This document shows, piece after piece, positions 10,310 to 20,201 of a DNA stretch of 64,000 nt; positions within the stretch are counted from its first letter, which is position 1, and each line of letters begins with the position of its first letter. The notes under the pieces were generated by a model. The model searched no databases and was not told the origin of the DNA. It saw only the letters and a program-made list of their open reading frames with translations. A program made the position numbers and the translations under genes. Where the stretch lies: NCBI GenBank assembly GCA_047150005.1, contig AP038806.1, forward strand, positions 3,104,001-3,168,000. Direction: 5' to 3'. Origin of the DNA: Nitrospira sp. GTDB lineage: Bacteria; Nitrospirota; Nitrospiria; Nitrospirales; Nitrospiraceae.

Positions 10310-11407
10310 TCAGTCTTGATAGCCGTGCTTCGTTTTCATCACGTCTTTTAGGGTTTGCAGCCGTTGTGCAGTACCCGGGGGTGCGGATGATGTAAAGCTT
10401 GCTCCTAGCTGTTTGAGAAAAGCATCATTGGCAGTTCCTTCGGGCACTAACTTCAGTTTAACTGCTTCGTCAATGAACTCCTGTTTCTTCGTTGAGTCGG
10501 ACTCAGCATTATAAGCTTTGGCAATCCATTCAATCAGCGGCTGCTTCAATTGACGATCAGCAGCTTGTATTTTGAATTCGGCTTCCTTTATGTCTTTGTA
10601 GTCTTGTATGAGGAGTGGTCCAAGAACCTCTCGAACACCTGGGTGGCTTGCAAGGAGGGTTGCAGCGGATCCCGTTGCAAACGTTTGTCCTACTCTTAGG
10701 CCCGAATCATCCTGCGTAGTCACTTTTGCTTTTGCGTGCGCTGTCGCAATCAGTGAGGCGAGGGTGACTTTTCTTTCTGCCGGAATATTGTCCGATACGC
10801 GAGTCTCGCTTTCGATGAGTGGAACATAGGCGAGTTCCTTTCTCTTGAATCCTATAGAGACTGATCGAGGAAGTTCGCTCCCACCCCATTCGACATGAAG
10901 CCCAAAGTTGGTATCGGTTCCGAAAAAGTATCTTTGCCGCTCAGACGATGAAGTAAGAAAAAACCAAAGGGACGCCCAAAAGCCATGAGGAACTTTGTCA
11001 TCCAAAGTTGTCCCGATCGTACCTTCCATGGTTGGTTGCGTGACTTTAGTAACATCAGGGTTGGATTTTTGGCTGAAGACGTAACGTTTGTCGTCCGTTA
11101 ACGCGGCTGCCATAACCAAAGCAGCATCTCCTGTCGCAAAAGAATGACTCGAGCCTAACGAGAGAGCCGCTGTATCAGTAGCGACGGTTGTAAGAACCGG
11201 TAGTACTCGCCCATCCTTGAACGCTGGCGCCAGGACAAATTCTTCTCGAGCATATCCAATGTCAAGAGACGGAGGTTCAGTGTCAGCATCAACTGCCACT
11301 TCTGTTTTCGTAACAAAAAGGACGCTGTTCAAACCGACCCCGCATCCAGGCAGACATATTCCCAGAACAAACAGGATGCTCACTAAGTAGCTCCTGTACC
11401 TCATCAT
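10310..11407 (-). CDS. Uncharacterised lipoprotein with an internally duplicated beta-rich domain
   Basis: GGAGG RBS. Lipobox LPG-C. Two repeats, ending SFATGDAA and TFATGSAA. Confidence 0.8.
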   Translation of the reverse strand: MMRYRSYLVSILFVLGICLPGCGVGLNSVLFVTKTEVAVDADTEPPSLDIGYAREEFVLAPAFKDGRVLPVLTTVATDTAALSLGSSHSFATGDAALVMAAALTDDKRYVFSQKSNPDVTKVTQPTMEGTIGTTLDDKVPHGFWASLWFFLTSSSERQRYFFGTDTNFGLHVEWGGSELPRSVSIGFKRKELAYVPLIESETRVSDNIPAERKVTLASLIATAHAKAKVTTQDDSGLRVGQTFATGSAATLLASHPGVREVLGPLLIQDYKDIKEAEFKIQAADRQLKQPLIEWIAKAYNAESDSTKKQEFIDEAVKLKLVPEGTANDAFLKQLGASFTSSAPPGTAQRLQTLKDVMKTKHGYQD

Positions 11408-11426
11408 GCGTTCCCTCCCTCGGCAC

Positions 11427-12053
11427 TTAGTCAGCGGGGGTCTTCGGATAAACAGGCTTCAATTCCCACATCATGATTGCTCCAGTCTTCTGATCCTCTC
11501 CACGATTAAGTAAAATTTGAACAACTCCATCATCCAGAGCTCGCCCAACTAGCTGGTGAGACCCTGCATAACCTAGGCTTACCCCAGGACTCACCGGACC
11601 CATTCGCCAGTCAAAACCAAGATTGTCCGTATCGACCAACGTTACTCGCGAAGAAAGTGCCTCAGTGAAATACAGAAGTCCTCTCTCGACCTTTTGTGTT
11701 TGATGCTCCTTAGTGGGCGTGTGCCGATAGTATTTCACTACCTCATCGGGTAGTTCTTCCGATCGTTCGATTGTTCTAAATTGAGGAACAAGGCCTGTGA
11801 TCCACTTAGCTCCAAGAGAGACTCCTCTGTCAGGGCCCGAAAGCCGTAGATCAATGCCGAAGCTTAATCGCTTCAGTTGGATTCCGTACTCCCAATAAGT
11901 AATCTCATAGGCCATCAGCCCTAAGTGGTGCTCCACACCGTTGCTGTCACGCCATTGGAGTGACGTACACCCAGATCCCGCCACTAACATCAGCGACAAC
12001 AAGACTCTAACCCAGCGCACACACATAGACCTAGCCAGCCTGGGATTGATCAA
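11427..12053 (-). CDS. Uncharacterised lipoprotein
   Basis: Lipobox-like AGSG-C. TTGA overlap with the upstream stop. Two GVSLG-containing segments. Confidence 0.75.
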   Translation of the reverse strand: MINPRLARSMCVRWVRVLLSLMLVAGSGCTSLQWRDSNGVEHHLGLMAYEITYWEYGIQLKRLSFGIDLRLSGPDRGVSLGAKWITGLVPQFRTIERSEELPDEVVKYYRHTPTKEHQTQKVERGLLYFTEALSSRVTLVDTDNLGFDWRMGPVSPGVSLGYAGSHQLVGRALDDGVVQILLNRGEDQKTGAIMMWELKPVYPKTPAD

Positions 12054-13252
12054 GACGGACCCAGAAGTAAGGTAAAGTCCGGATCCCCATAGAACACTTC
12101 CAGGTCATCGTCCTCTGAGCCTGGGGACTTTGCTGGATCATTCTTATCCCATACCATATGGATGAGTGGTCTCAGGCTGGGCTCGAGCTTGAGGGCTTTT
12201 CGAGTTGCATCCAGCGCCTTCTGTCTAATCTGTTTCATCTCCGCTTCTAATGCCTGAAGTTGCTCTGTATGTCCTTGTAGATCCGCGCTCTCCTTTTGGG
12301 TCTTCTTTGCCCTGTACTGTTGCCCATATGCGAACCCTAAATACGCTTCAATGAGTGGGCTTGGATTCTTAGGTTCCTCGGTGAGGTAGCGCAATGCGTA
12401 CTCGATCGCATCCTCATAGTTGTCATACAAACTGTTGAACACGATTCCTTCATAAAGTTTTCGTTTCGCTTCCTTGGGCGTTGACTCATTTACCTTTTCC
12501 AAGGCTTTCTCATACTCGATGCGGGCTTTTGTGTATTGCTTTGTCTCACGAAGCACTTCTCCAACTTTGACTGCAGTTTTCACATCTTGCGTGTTCAGGT
12601 CCGCGAAATACCCTTCATCGGCTAACTTGAAGGCACCTGCCAGGAACAACCGTGTGAGCAGGTATCCGGAAAAAAATCCCCAAACTGAGAAGTTGATGAT
12701 TACCCCAAGAACAGCTAGTTCACTATTTCCCAAACTCTTCTGGAATTGAGTTCCACCCTTGTGGAGGATCGTGGGGATGTTTTGAAGTTGGACTAACCCA
12801 GCGCCGACAAGAAGTTTTGTGAGCCAATCCGATATTTCTTCAAGGTTTGTATTAACCGTCTGACGGCGAACGTCCGTAATTGCCGCCTTACCGGTCGCTA
12901 CGTCAATGGTGGGAAGCTGTCCTTTGTCTTTGTTGTTTGATGTATCTTTGGCAAGCGTTCGGGGAATTCCGAACAGAAAACCAAGGAGCCCACCGCTGCT
13001 GGCCGACGCGATCGCAAGTAGGAGACCGTGTGAAAAGACGTTCCACCCTGAACTCATACATTGGTCCGCTGAATAACAAATGGATAATGAAAAGAGTAGG
13101 AGTGCACTTGCTCCGACGATCAACCATATGAGAAGCGAGACTCCAGTCCGGATCAGATTGCGTGTGAGCAACTGCTCTTGGATTTTTACTTGCGGAGGTA
13201 ATGACTCCTCTAAAGCGGCGTTGCCTAACAGGGCGAACAGTGACTGGACCAT
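12050..13252 (-). CDS. Membrane protein with C-terminal TPR-like repeats
   Basis: Several TM helices (GGLLGFLFGIPR; NTNLEEISDWLTKLLVGAGL). Helical TPR-like C-terminus (ARIEYEKAL, AYLGFAYG, ATRKALKLEP). Confidence 0.8.
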   Translation of the reverse strand: MVQSLFALLGNAALEESLPPQVKIQEQLLTRNLIRTGVSLLIWLIVGASALLLFSLSICYSADQCMSSGWNVFSHGLLLAIASASSGGLLGFLFGIPRTLAKDTSNNKDKGQLPTIDVATGKAAITDVRRQTVNTNLEEISDWLTKLLVGAGLVQLQNIPTILHKGGTQFQKSLGNSELAVLGVIINFSVWGFFSGYLLTRLFLAGAFKLADEGYFADLNTQDVKTAVKVGEVLRETKQYTKARIEYEKALEKVNESTPKEAKRKLYEGIVFNSLYDNYEDAIEYALRYLTEEPKNPSPLIEAYLGFAYGQQYRAKKTQKESADLQGHTEQLQALEAEMKQIRQKALDATRKALKLEPSLRPLIHMVWDKNDPAKSPGSEDDDLEVFYGDPDFTLLLGPS

Positions 13253-13776
13253 TGTTCTCTCGGATAAAAATTACTAGCGGTGCGGAATCGAGTCTTGCAA
13301 CCGCCCATCCGTGACAATTGCTGCACTTAGGAAAATGGGCCTTCGCTCAGCAGTCAAGCTTTGCATCAGATAACCATCTTCAACTGGCCATCTTAGGGTA
13401 TGGAGTTACGTCCTATCATCTAGGTGCACACAGCCCTACTGGCTCTAGCGCCATTCATTGCAATCAAACACTTCGATGTGAAGTTGGGAGCAAACATCGG
13501 ACCGCGGTCGATTTGCGTGTTTATTGAGGGATTGCCATGAGGATGACTGCTGCAACAGAATCAATTTGAGCTAACACAGAATCAAAATAGATTCACTTTG
13601 GAATGAAGTCAGGGTAGAGAGCTGTATTTTGTTTTGGACGGCTCTATAAGAGGATGTGGCTACAGGCAGATTACGGCACAAGGGCAGCCACGGCAGCGCT
13701 CGCGAAGACGACGGCAAAGGTTACGCCATGGAAGTACACTGCGAGCGCACGATGGCTGCTCGCTGATTCGGTATCT

Positions 13777-14253
13777 ATGAGCCTGTACGACATCGACCTC
13801 GTCACCATCGACGGAAGGCCGCAGAAGATGGACGTCTACCGCGACAGGACGTTGCTGATCGTCAACGTCGCGAGCGAGTGCGGTTTCACGCCGCAATATG
13901 CGGGACTGCAAGCGCTCTACGACAAATTCAAGGACAGAGGATTCGTCGTGCTCGGGTTTCCCTGTAATCAGTTCGGGCACCAGGAGCCGGGCGGTGAGGC
14001 GGAGATCGGGCAGTTCTGCGCCAGGAACTACGGCGTGACCTTTCCGATGTTCGCCAAGATCGACGTAAACGGCGCGAATGCGCATCCGCTCTACCGGTAT
14101 CTCAAGTCCGAAAAGCCGGGGATTCTCGGCACCGAGGCGATCAAGTGGAACTTCACCAAGTTCCTCCTCGGCTCAGACGGCACGGTGCTGAAACGCTATG
14201 CGCCGAGCGACAAGCCGGAGGCGATCGAGGCCGACCTGGCGGCGAAGCTGTAG
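13777..14253 (+). CDS. Glutathione peroxidase family protein (Cys-type, BtuE-like)
   Basis: Motifs NVASECGFTPQY, LGFPCNQFG.QEPG and IKWNFTKFL. Confidence 0.95.
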   Translation: MSLYDIDLVTIDGRPQKMDVYRDRTLLIVNVASECGFTPQYAGLQALYDKFKDRGFVVLGFPCNQFGHQEPGGEAEIGQFCARNYGVTFPMFAKIDVNGANAHPLYRYLKSEKPGILGTEAIKWNFTKFLLGSDGTVLKRYAPSDKPEAIEADLAAKL

Positions 14254-14491
14254 GCGCCTCGGAGTCTCTGCACTGTTGTAAGACGCTCTGCTGAGGTGAG
14301 CGATGTCGCGGCTCCGGTCATTGCTTCTTGGCCCCGAGGGGCTGTGGGCGTTGGGCGGAGTCGATGATCACGACTCACGCAATTCCGGTTTAATGGCCGC
14401 GCCGCCATGGTGTCTGCGTCAGCTGGCCGACCATACCGGGTGTTATATTGTCTCGCAGGCAGAGGTCCGAGCCCCAGGATGGAGGCGGGAG

Positions 14492-15073
14492 ATGATAGGA
14501 GCAACATCTGCGCGGACGCCAGGTGCCATGATGGCTCTCGGGAGCGTAGTCGCGATCCTGACGTTGACCGCCTGCGAGAGCACGCCCAAGTGGGTTAAAA
14601 CCGGGGTCTACACGGGATCGGACGCCAAGGCTTTTTATAGTACGGGAGAAGTCATGGGGATCCGAAACGAACCCCTCGCCTGGGATGTCGCCGAGAATCG
14701 GGCGCGGGCCCAGATGGTGAAGATTCTGTCGACGTATACCGCGTATCTGATGCGGGATTATGCGGCGTCGACCGTGGGGTCTGATCTGAAACGGACGGCT
14801 GAGGAGCAGCATGTTGAAGAAGCCACAAAAACGTTTGCCGCCGCGACCCTGAATGGGGTGCGACCTGTCGATCGATATAAAGACGAAAAGAAAGGGATTT
14901 ACTACGTCGTCGTCAAAATGGAGCTTGAGGATGTGAAAGACATGATCGTGCAGTCAAAGGAACTGAACAGTCAGATGCGAGATTATGTCCGCAAGAATGC
15001 TGATCGGGCTTTCGAGCGGCTCGAGAAGGAAGAGCAGAAGCGGGAAGCATCGGCGCAGAAACCGAACCAATAA
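14492..15073 (+). CDS. LPP20-like lipoprotein
   Basis: Lipobox LTA-C followed by PKWV. AENRARAQM helix. Start uncertain (14492 or 14528). Confidence 0.7.
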   Translation: MIGATSARTPGAMMALGSVVAILTLTACESTPKWVKTGVYTGSDAKAFYSTGEVMGIRNEPLAWDVAENRARAQMVKILSTYTAYLMRDYAASTVGSDLKRTAEEQHVEEATKTFAAATLNGVRPVDRYKDEKKGIYYVVVKMELEDVKDMIVQSKELNSQMRDYVRKNADRAFERLEKEEQKREASAQKPNQ

Positions 15074-15290
15074 CGTCGTTGTCCACAGCCACCTTCAGTG
15101 AGTGCGTCCAGCCACATTGGGCAAAGGGTTTCATGTTCTCTCCGCGTCAGCCCTCTGTACGACGGGGTTCTGCCAGCCATAGCATTGAACTCAGCCTTTC
15201 TATCAGGGGAATGCTCTCAGAGCGTGAAGGCATGAGACAACGTTGCTGACACCTTCTGGTTCTCGACCTGCGTTCGCCTTCCGGTGATGG

Positions 15291-15610
15291 CTAGGCAGCG
15301 CCTCGTATCAGGACATTCCATAGAACCGCCGAGAGGTACAGCCCGACGCCGAACGCTGTATGGGTCATCAAGCTTTTCAGCCTGGCTTGAGTCGGATTCG
15401 GCGCGTTCGCTGACGCGAGTCCGAGCCCCAAGGCCGGCTGCACAACACAATACGGAATGAGCACCGTCCCGACACCAACCAGCAAGGCAGGTAAGAGAGA
15501 GGGATGGAGCCGCAGAAATGTTTGCGTGCGTGAACGTGCCGGTCAGCATCGAACTCAGCCAGCGTCCGACAAGACAGAAATTGAGCGAAGAGATATTGAA
15601 TGTGTATGGC
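15291..15610 (-). pseudogene. DUF2938-family membrane protein remnant
   Basis: One frame reads SLNFCLVGRWLSSMLTGTFTHANISAAP and another reads TVLIPYCVVQPALGLGLASANAPNPTQARLKSLMTHTAFGVGLY. The N-terminus and middle are missing and the pieces are out of frame. Confidence 0.65.
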
Positions 15611-15797
15611 GTCGATGTCCATGCACATGCCTCCGTCCGTCTCGTTGGGTTGAGAATATACGGGGCAGTCCGGCCGCTCGTCCAATTGAATATCAGGAGG
15701 GGTGTCGTCTTCCTCTATAGTGGCGTCGGTGCCGCGGAACAAAGGGCAGAGATTCCCTTTGATTTTTCATGTCCTGTTCAGTGTAAAATCCGCCTCA

Positions 15798-16808
15798 ATG
15801 AACGCGGCACGGTATTTTGGACTGGATCGCTACGTCGGCAACACACCGCTCATTCGTCTACGCCGCCTTTCGGAGTTGACGGGCAGCGAAATCCTCGGTA
15901 AGGCCGAATTCATGAACCCCGGCGGATCGGTGAAGGACCGTGCTGCGCTCGGCATCATTGAAGACGCCGAGGCGAAAGGACTCCTGCGGCCCGGCGGCAC
16001 TATCGTCGAGGGTACGGCCGGGAACACGGGCATCGGTCTCACGATCATCGGTCACGCTAGGGGCTACCACTGCGTCATCGTGATCCCTGACAACCAGTCA
16101 CAGGAAAAAATCGATCTGCTGCGGGCGCTGGGCGCGGAGGTTCGCGTCGTGCCGGAAAAGCCCTATTCCAATCCGGACAACTACAACCATATCGCCCGGC
16201 GGCTGGCGGAGGAGAAGGGTTGGTTTTGGGCCAACCAGTTCGACAACACGGCCAACCGCCTCATCCACTACCGCACCACCGGCCCGGAGATCTGGGAACA
16301 GACCGGTGGGAAGGTGAGCGGGTTTGTGTCCGCCGTGGGCACAGGCGGTACGCTGGGGGGAACCACGCTCTATCTCAAGGAGCGCAATCAGAAAATCTTC
16401 ATCGGCTGCGCGGACCCCTACGGCGCCGCCATGTGGTCGTGGTTTACCAACGGCAATACGGAGACGAACGACGGCGATTCTTTCGCGGAAGGCATTGGCC
16501 AGGGCCGTGTCACGAAGAACCTGGAAGGCATTTCCGTGGACGGCGCCTGGCGCATTCCCGACCAGGACGCCCTGACCATCCTGTATCAGCTCCTGCGCGA
16601 GGAGGGGCTCTTTCTCGGCCTGTCCTCCGGCATCAACGTCGCCGGCGCGGTGCGGCTGGCCCTTGAGCGTGGACCGGGTCAGACGATCGTCACGATGCTG
16701 TGCGACTCAGGCGCAAAGTATCAATCCCGAATCTTCAATCCTGAATGGCTTGCGGCCAATGGATTGAGAACCGACTTGTCTGTCGAGACCCTTCTTCGCA
16801 AGCCCTGA
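15798..16808 (+). CDS. cysK: Cysteine synthase (O-acetylserine sulfhydrylase)
   Basis: GNTPL, PLP-lysine motif NPGGSVKDR, EGTAGNTG, GTGGT and EGIG. Confidence 0.92.
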   Translation: MNAARYFGLDRYVGNTPLIRLRRLSELTGSEILGKAEFMNPGGSVKDRAALGIIEDAEAKGLLRPGGTIVEGTAGNTGIGLTIIGHARGYHCVIVIPDNQSQEKIDLLRALGAEVRVVPEKPYSNPDNYNHIARRLAEEKGWFWANQFDNTANRLIHYRTTGPEIWEQTGGKVSGFVSAVGTGGTLGGTTLYLKERNQKIFIGCADPYGAAMWSWFTNGNTETNDGDSFAEGIGQGRVTKNLEGISVDGAWRIPDQDALTILYQLLREEGLFLGLSSGINVAGAVRLALERGPGQTIVTMLCDSGAKYQSRIFNPEWLAANGLRTDLSVETLLRKP

Positions 16809-16993
16809 TCGCGGCGCGAATACTGATAACTCACCATCGCCGGGTGGTTACGACCGCGTGCCGGTTGCAGCGTCCACGAATATTTCAATGATGACTGGAA
16901 TGCGACGCGAGGCTCGAATTCGTGAGCGTTCGGCTGCAGAAAGGAACTGGTGCCCGGCGGAGGATTTTCAATACACGCTGCTCTGCGAGGCGT

Positions 16994-17716
16994 TCAGCGC
17001 ATGTGGGCATTCAGCTGGATCAGACGATCCGTGAGCTTCTTGCCGAAGTCGGCGATCGCCATTTTCTTGGCTGCATACACCGAATCAATATCTTCCGTGA
17101 CGAAGGCCGGCCCGATTCTCTTCCCCATTCCTTCTGCGTCCTGCGTGGCATACAGGTAGCCGTTACGCACGTCCCATAAAGATGATCGCATCATCACGAG
17201 GGCATCGCTGTGCGTGCCGGGCACGAGATACGCTCCGACGATGGTCCAATAGAACAATGCGGCCGCGTTGTTATAGCGGTCGACCGATGAAGTGTCCGTG
17301 ATGATGAGCAGGGCATCCGCCCCATAGCTGGCAGCCGCCAGCCAAAGGTCTTTGAGGCTCTCGCGATTCGCCGCATTAAGCCGCCCGGCGTTGTGACGAT
17401 CGGGAATGGTGTCTTCAGAGATCAGGTAGATGTCCGAGACCACCCCTGCCTCCTTGAGCTGGTTGCCGTAGGTCAAGAGATCATTCTTTTCTTCATCGGT
17501 CCAAAAGCGTGTCTTGTAATTTACGCTGTTGCTATTGAGGTAGATTCCGAGCTTGAACGGCGCCGGCAGCTGCGGCTTGAGAGTCAACACCTCCTGAATA
17601 TCCTTGTCCGTCGTCACCTGGCCCAATGAGTCTCTCAGGGTGCCGCGGTCGAAGCCCTTGCTGGCCGCACATCCGGTCAGCATCATCGCGAGCCATGCTA
17701 TGACGACAGCCCTCAT
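16994..17716 (-). CDS. Uncharacterised lipoprotein
   Basis: GGAGG RBS. Lipobox LTG-C. Alpha/beta domain with YGADALL and WDVRNGYLY. Confidence 0.8.
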   Translation of the reverse strand: MRAVVIAWLAMMLTGCAASKGFDRGTLRDSLGQVTTDKDIQEVLTLKPQLPAPFKLGIYLNSNSVNYKTRFWTDEEKNDLLTYGNQLKEAGVVSDIYLISEDTIPDRHNAGRLNAANRESLKDLWLAAASYGADALLIITDTSSVDRYNNAAALFYWTIVGAYLVPGTHSDALVMMRSSLWDVRNGYLYATQDAEGMGKRIGPAFVTEDIDSVYAAKKMAIADFGKKLTDRLIQLNAHMR

Positions 17717-18027
17717 GTTCCACCTCCAACCCTATGAATCCTCTCCACGAGAATAGGCCGCAAAGGACGGGAGGTCAAAATAAACAACGGTTTTCGTACG
17801 GGCTGAAGGGAGATGTTTGGTTTGTGGCTACGCGAGCTAATACGGAGGGCCCACCAGCGACAGCAAGCCGTGCAATTTCCCGGTCAATCAAGGCGGAGCG
17901 GTGTTCGGTGTGGCCTTTCCCAATGCCACGGCGCAAACGCCATGGGCGTGCAACGTCGGAGGCGGTTCGGGGGACAACGGTGTCATCTGCCGCTGGAAGC
18001 AGGACCAGCGAAGTCCTCGGAAGTGAC

Positions 18028-18582
18028 CTATTTCTTCGTGCAGCGGAGGTCTGACCGTTGGATCTCCGCGAGCTTCTGATCGTCGAACGGGATCGGAGCG
18101 CAGCCGTGCCCTTTTTCGCAGACGAAGTCGAACTTCGCCGCCGGTTGATGACAGCTCAAGCAGGTGACTCCCTGCGACTGATTCACGACGTTGTCGCCGC
18201 GATCCTTGATTGTGGTGCCTTCCTTAGACACCTCCAGGAAGAAAAACTCCCACCCGTTCGTCTTGGGGAATTTCTCGCGTGGGTGCTTCACCATGGCTTC
18301 GTGGGGAACCAGCTGGAGGATGGTCCCGACCGGATAGTCCTTGTCCGGCACGCTGTCCCTGAAAATCCGCATCGCTTCCTTCAACTTCTCCGGATCGTCA
18401 TGTTTGAAGCGCGTATTCCTGACCTTCGGCCAATCGAGAATGCAGCCGAACGTCTCCTCGGACACGGTCACGTCTTCCGCCGACGCGCCGGCGGGCATCG
18501 ACGCATCAAATACCGCCGCCAGCAGAATCCCTGTGACGAGTGAAATGGAAAATTGACGCCACGCTCTGATGAATTCGTGCAT
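18028..18582 (-). CDS. Secreted monohaem c-type cytochrome, cytochrome P460/c'-beta-like
   Basis: Signal peptide. C-terminal CLSCH haem motif. YPVGTIL...AMVKH...GWEFF pattern recalls the P460 family. Confidence 0.65.
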   Translation of the reverse strand: MHEFIRAWRQFSISLVTGILLAAVFDASMPAGASAEDVTVSEETFGCILDWPKVRNTRFKHDDPEKLKEAMRIFRDSVPDKDYPVGTILQLVPHEAMVKHPREKFPKTNGWEFFFLEVSKEGTTIKDRGDNVVNQSQGVTCLSCHQPAAKFDFVCEKGHGCAPIPFDDQKLAEIQRSDLRCTKK

Positions 18583-18825
18583 GATGGATCCTCCCTTCTA
18601 TTCCCATCGCAAGAAACCCGAGGAGATTGGACCAGCCTGTACGGCGTTACGGCAATTATGGCGCCGGTCCGCGCCGGATTGGAATAGGGTGAATGGCACG
18701 GGCGGTCAAAAAGTCAACGGGGCGGCGAAGTGCGGTGCGGAAGCGATTGACCGTCGCGCCGGCATTCCTTTACAGTAGCGCCGTTTGTCCAAAGGGTTTG
18801 GTTCTCACCGCTCGGGGGCAACCGT

Positions 18826-19608
18826 ATGCGGGTCGGCCTGGCTTTGGTCTGGGGTATCGTTTGCGTTCTTCTCGGCGGATGGGCAGCCGCCGAGGATTCG
18901 CTTGCGACGGGAGCGATCGTTCCGCCCGCTGCTCAAGGATTGGTTGCACCATTCCTAGCCGTTGCCGACTCCTCCAAGATCGTAGAAGTAAGTTCCGGCA
19001 CTGCCGCCTGTGAAAAGGGGACCCATCAATCCCCGATCAATATCAAGACCGTCCATCAACCCAAAGTCCATGATCGATTGCTGGCTCATTATCAGGCCGC
19101 GCCTGTTCATATCTCCAACACACATCACACGATTGAAGTCGACTATCAATCCGGCGGAACCCTCGAGGTCTCAGGCCGTGCCTATGAGTTGCAGGAGTTT
19201 CATTTCCACGAGCCGAGCGAGCACCAGCTGAACGGCAAGACGTACCCGATGGAAGCGCACTTAGTGCACCGGGATCAGACGGGGCATCTCGTCGTCGTCG
19301 CCGTGCTGATGGAGCAGGGGGTCGAGACGCCTTCGTTGGGGCAAGTATGGGACCGGATTCCGAGCGACAAGCAGGACCAGGTTCGTGAGCTCCTATTCAA
19401 CGCGCAGGATTTGTTGCCCCGCAACTTGCACCACTATGCCTACGACGGCTCACTCACCACGCCGCCTTGCACCGAGGGAGTGCATTGGATCGTCCTCAAA
19501 GAGCCGATTTCCATTACGGCGGCCCATATCCAGCGGTTCGTCTCGCTCGTCGGCCACAACGCCAGACCGGTCCAGCAGCTCAATGAACGGGAAGTCGATG
19601 AGGAATGA
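18826..19608 (+). CDS. Periplasmic alpha-carbonic anhydrase
   Basis: Signal peptide. QSPINI, EFHFH.PSEH, MEAHLVH and GSLTTPPCTEGV. Confidence 0.95.
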   Translation: MRVGLALVWGIVCVLLGGWAAAEDSLATGAIVPPAAQGLVAPFLAVADSSKIVEVSSGTAACEKGTHQSPINIKTVHQPKVHDRLLAHYQAAPVHISNTHHTIEVDYQSGGTLEVSGRAYELQEFHFHEPSEHQLNGKTYPMEAHLVHRDQTGHLVVVAVLMEQGVETPSLGQVWDRIPSDKQDQVRELLFNAQDLLPRNLHHYAYDGSLTTPPCTEGVHWIVLKEPISITAAHIQRFVSLVGHNARPVQQLNEREVDEE

Positions 19609-19673
19609 GCCGGTCATAGCACGCCTCGCTCGATCTCGCGCAGGTAGAGAAAGCTTGGGGCTTTGACGCCGGC

Positions 19674-20138
19674 TTACTCCACGGCCTGTTCCAACAGCGC
19701 GCCGACTGAAGTCAGTTTGGAGGTCAGTTCAATCGGCACACCGTGCCGCTCCTGGAACAACTCGGGAGCATTGTAGGTGAGCCAGACCTTCCCTTCCGCA
19801 TCTTCCCATGCCAAGGCTTTCATCGGAAGATCAATGGCTGCAGTCGGTCTCACCACCATCAATGCCGTCCCGCCCTTCGGGTTGCCGAAGATGAGCAGTT
19901 GGGTTGGTCGCATCGTGAGTCCGACGTTCTTCGCCTCTCCTGCATGGTCGATCCGAGTAAACACCTTCATCCCTTTGGCCGTGACGGCCTGTTCGATTCG
20001 GTCGATGGTCTCAGCGACCGAGTAATGGCTTGGCTTCGTGACGAGATTGCTTTCAGCGCGGGCTGTCCCTGCAATCAGTGGCGCAAGCGCTACGCCCAGG
20101 AACAGAACGCCGTTGAGTAGTGTCAGAAAGAATTTCAT
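19674..20138 (-). CDS. DUF302 domain protein with signal peptide
   Basis: RIDHA...IFGNPKGGT..M....AAIDLPMKALAWED. Confidence 0.9.
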   Translation of the reverse strand: MKFFLTLLNGVLFLGVALAPLIAGTARAESNLVTKPSHYSVAETIDRIEQAVTAKGMKVFTRIDHAGEAKNVGLTMRPTQLLIFGNPKGGTALMVVRPTAAIDLPMKALAWEDAEGKVWLTYNAPELFQERHGVPIELTSKLTSVGALLEQAVE

Positions 20139-20201
20139 AGACCACCTCTATTTCGTTCCTTCGCGTTGCGCGAGTCCATGTGCGACGACGTGGATGGGCC
20201 G

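Noticed and set aside
10310..11407. Bacterial gasdermin near a protease
   Set aside because: The protein has a classical lipoprotein signal peptide and no gasdermin features I can recognise; it is kept only as a generic beta-hairpin hypothesis.
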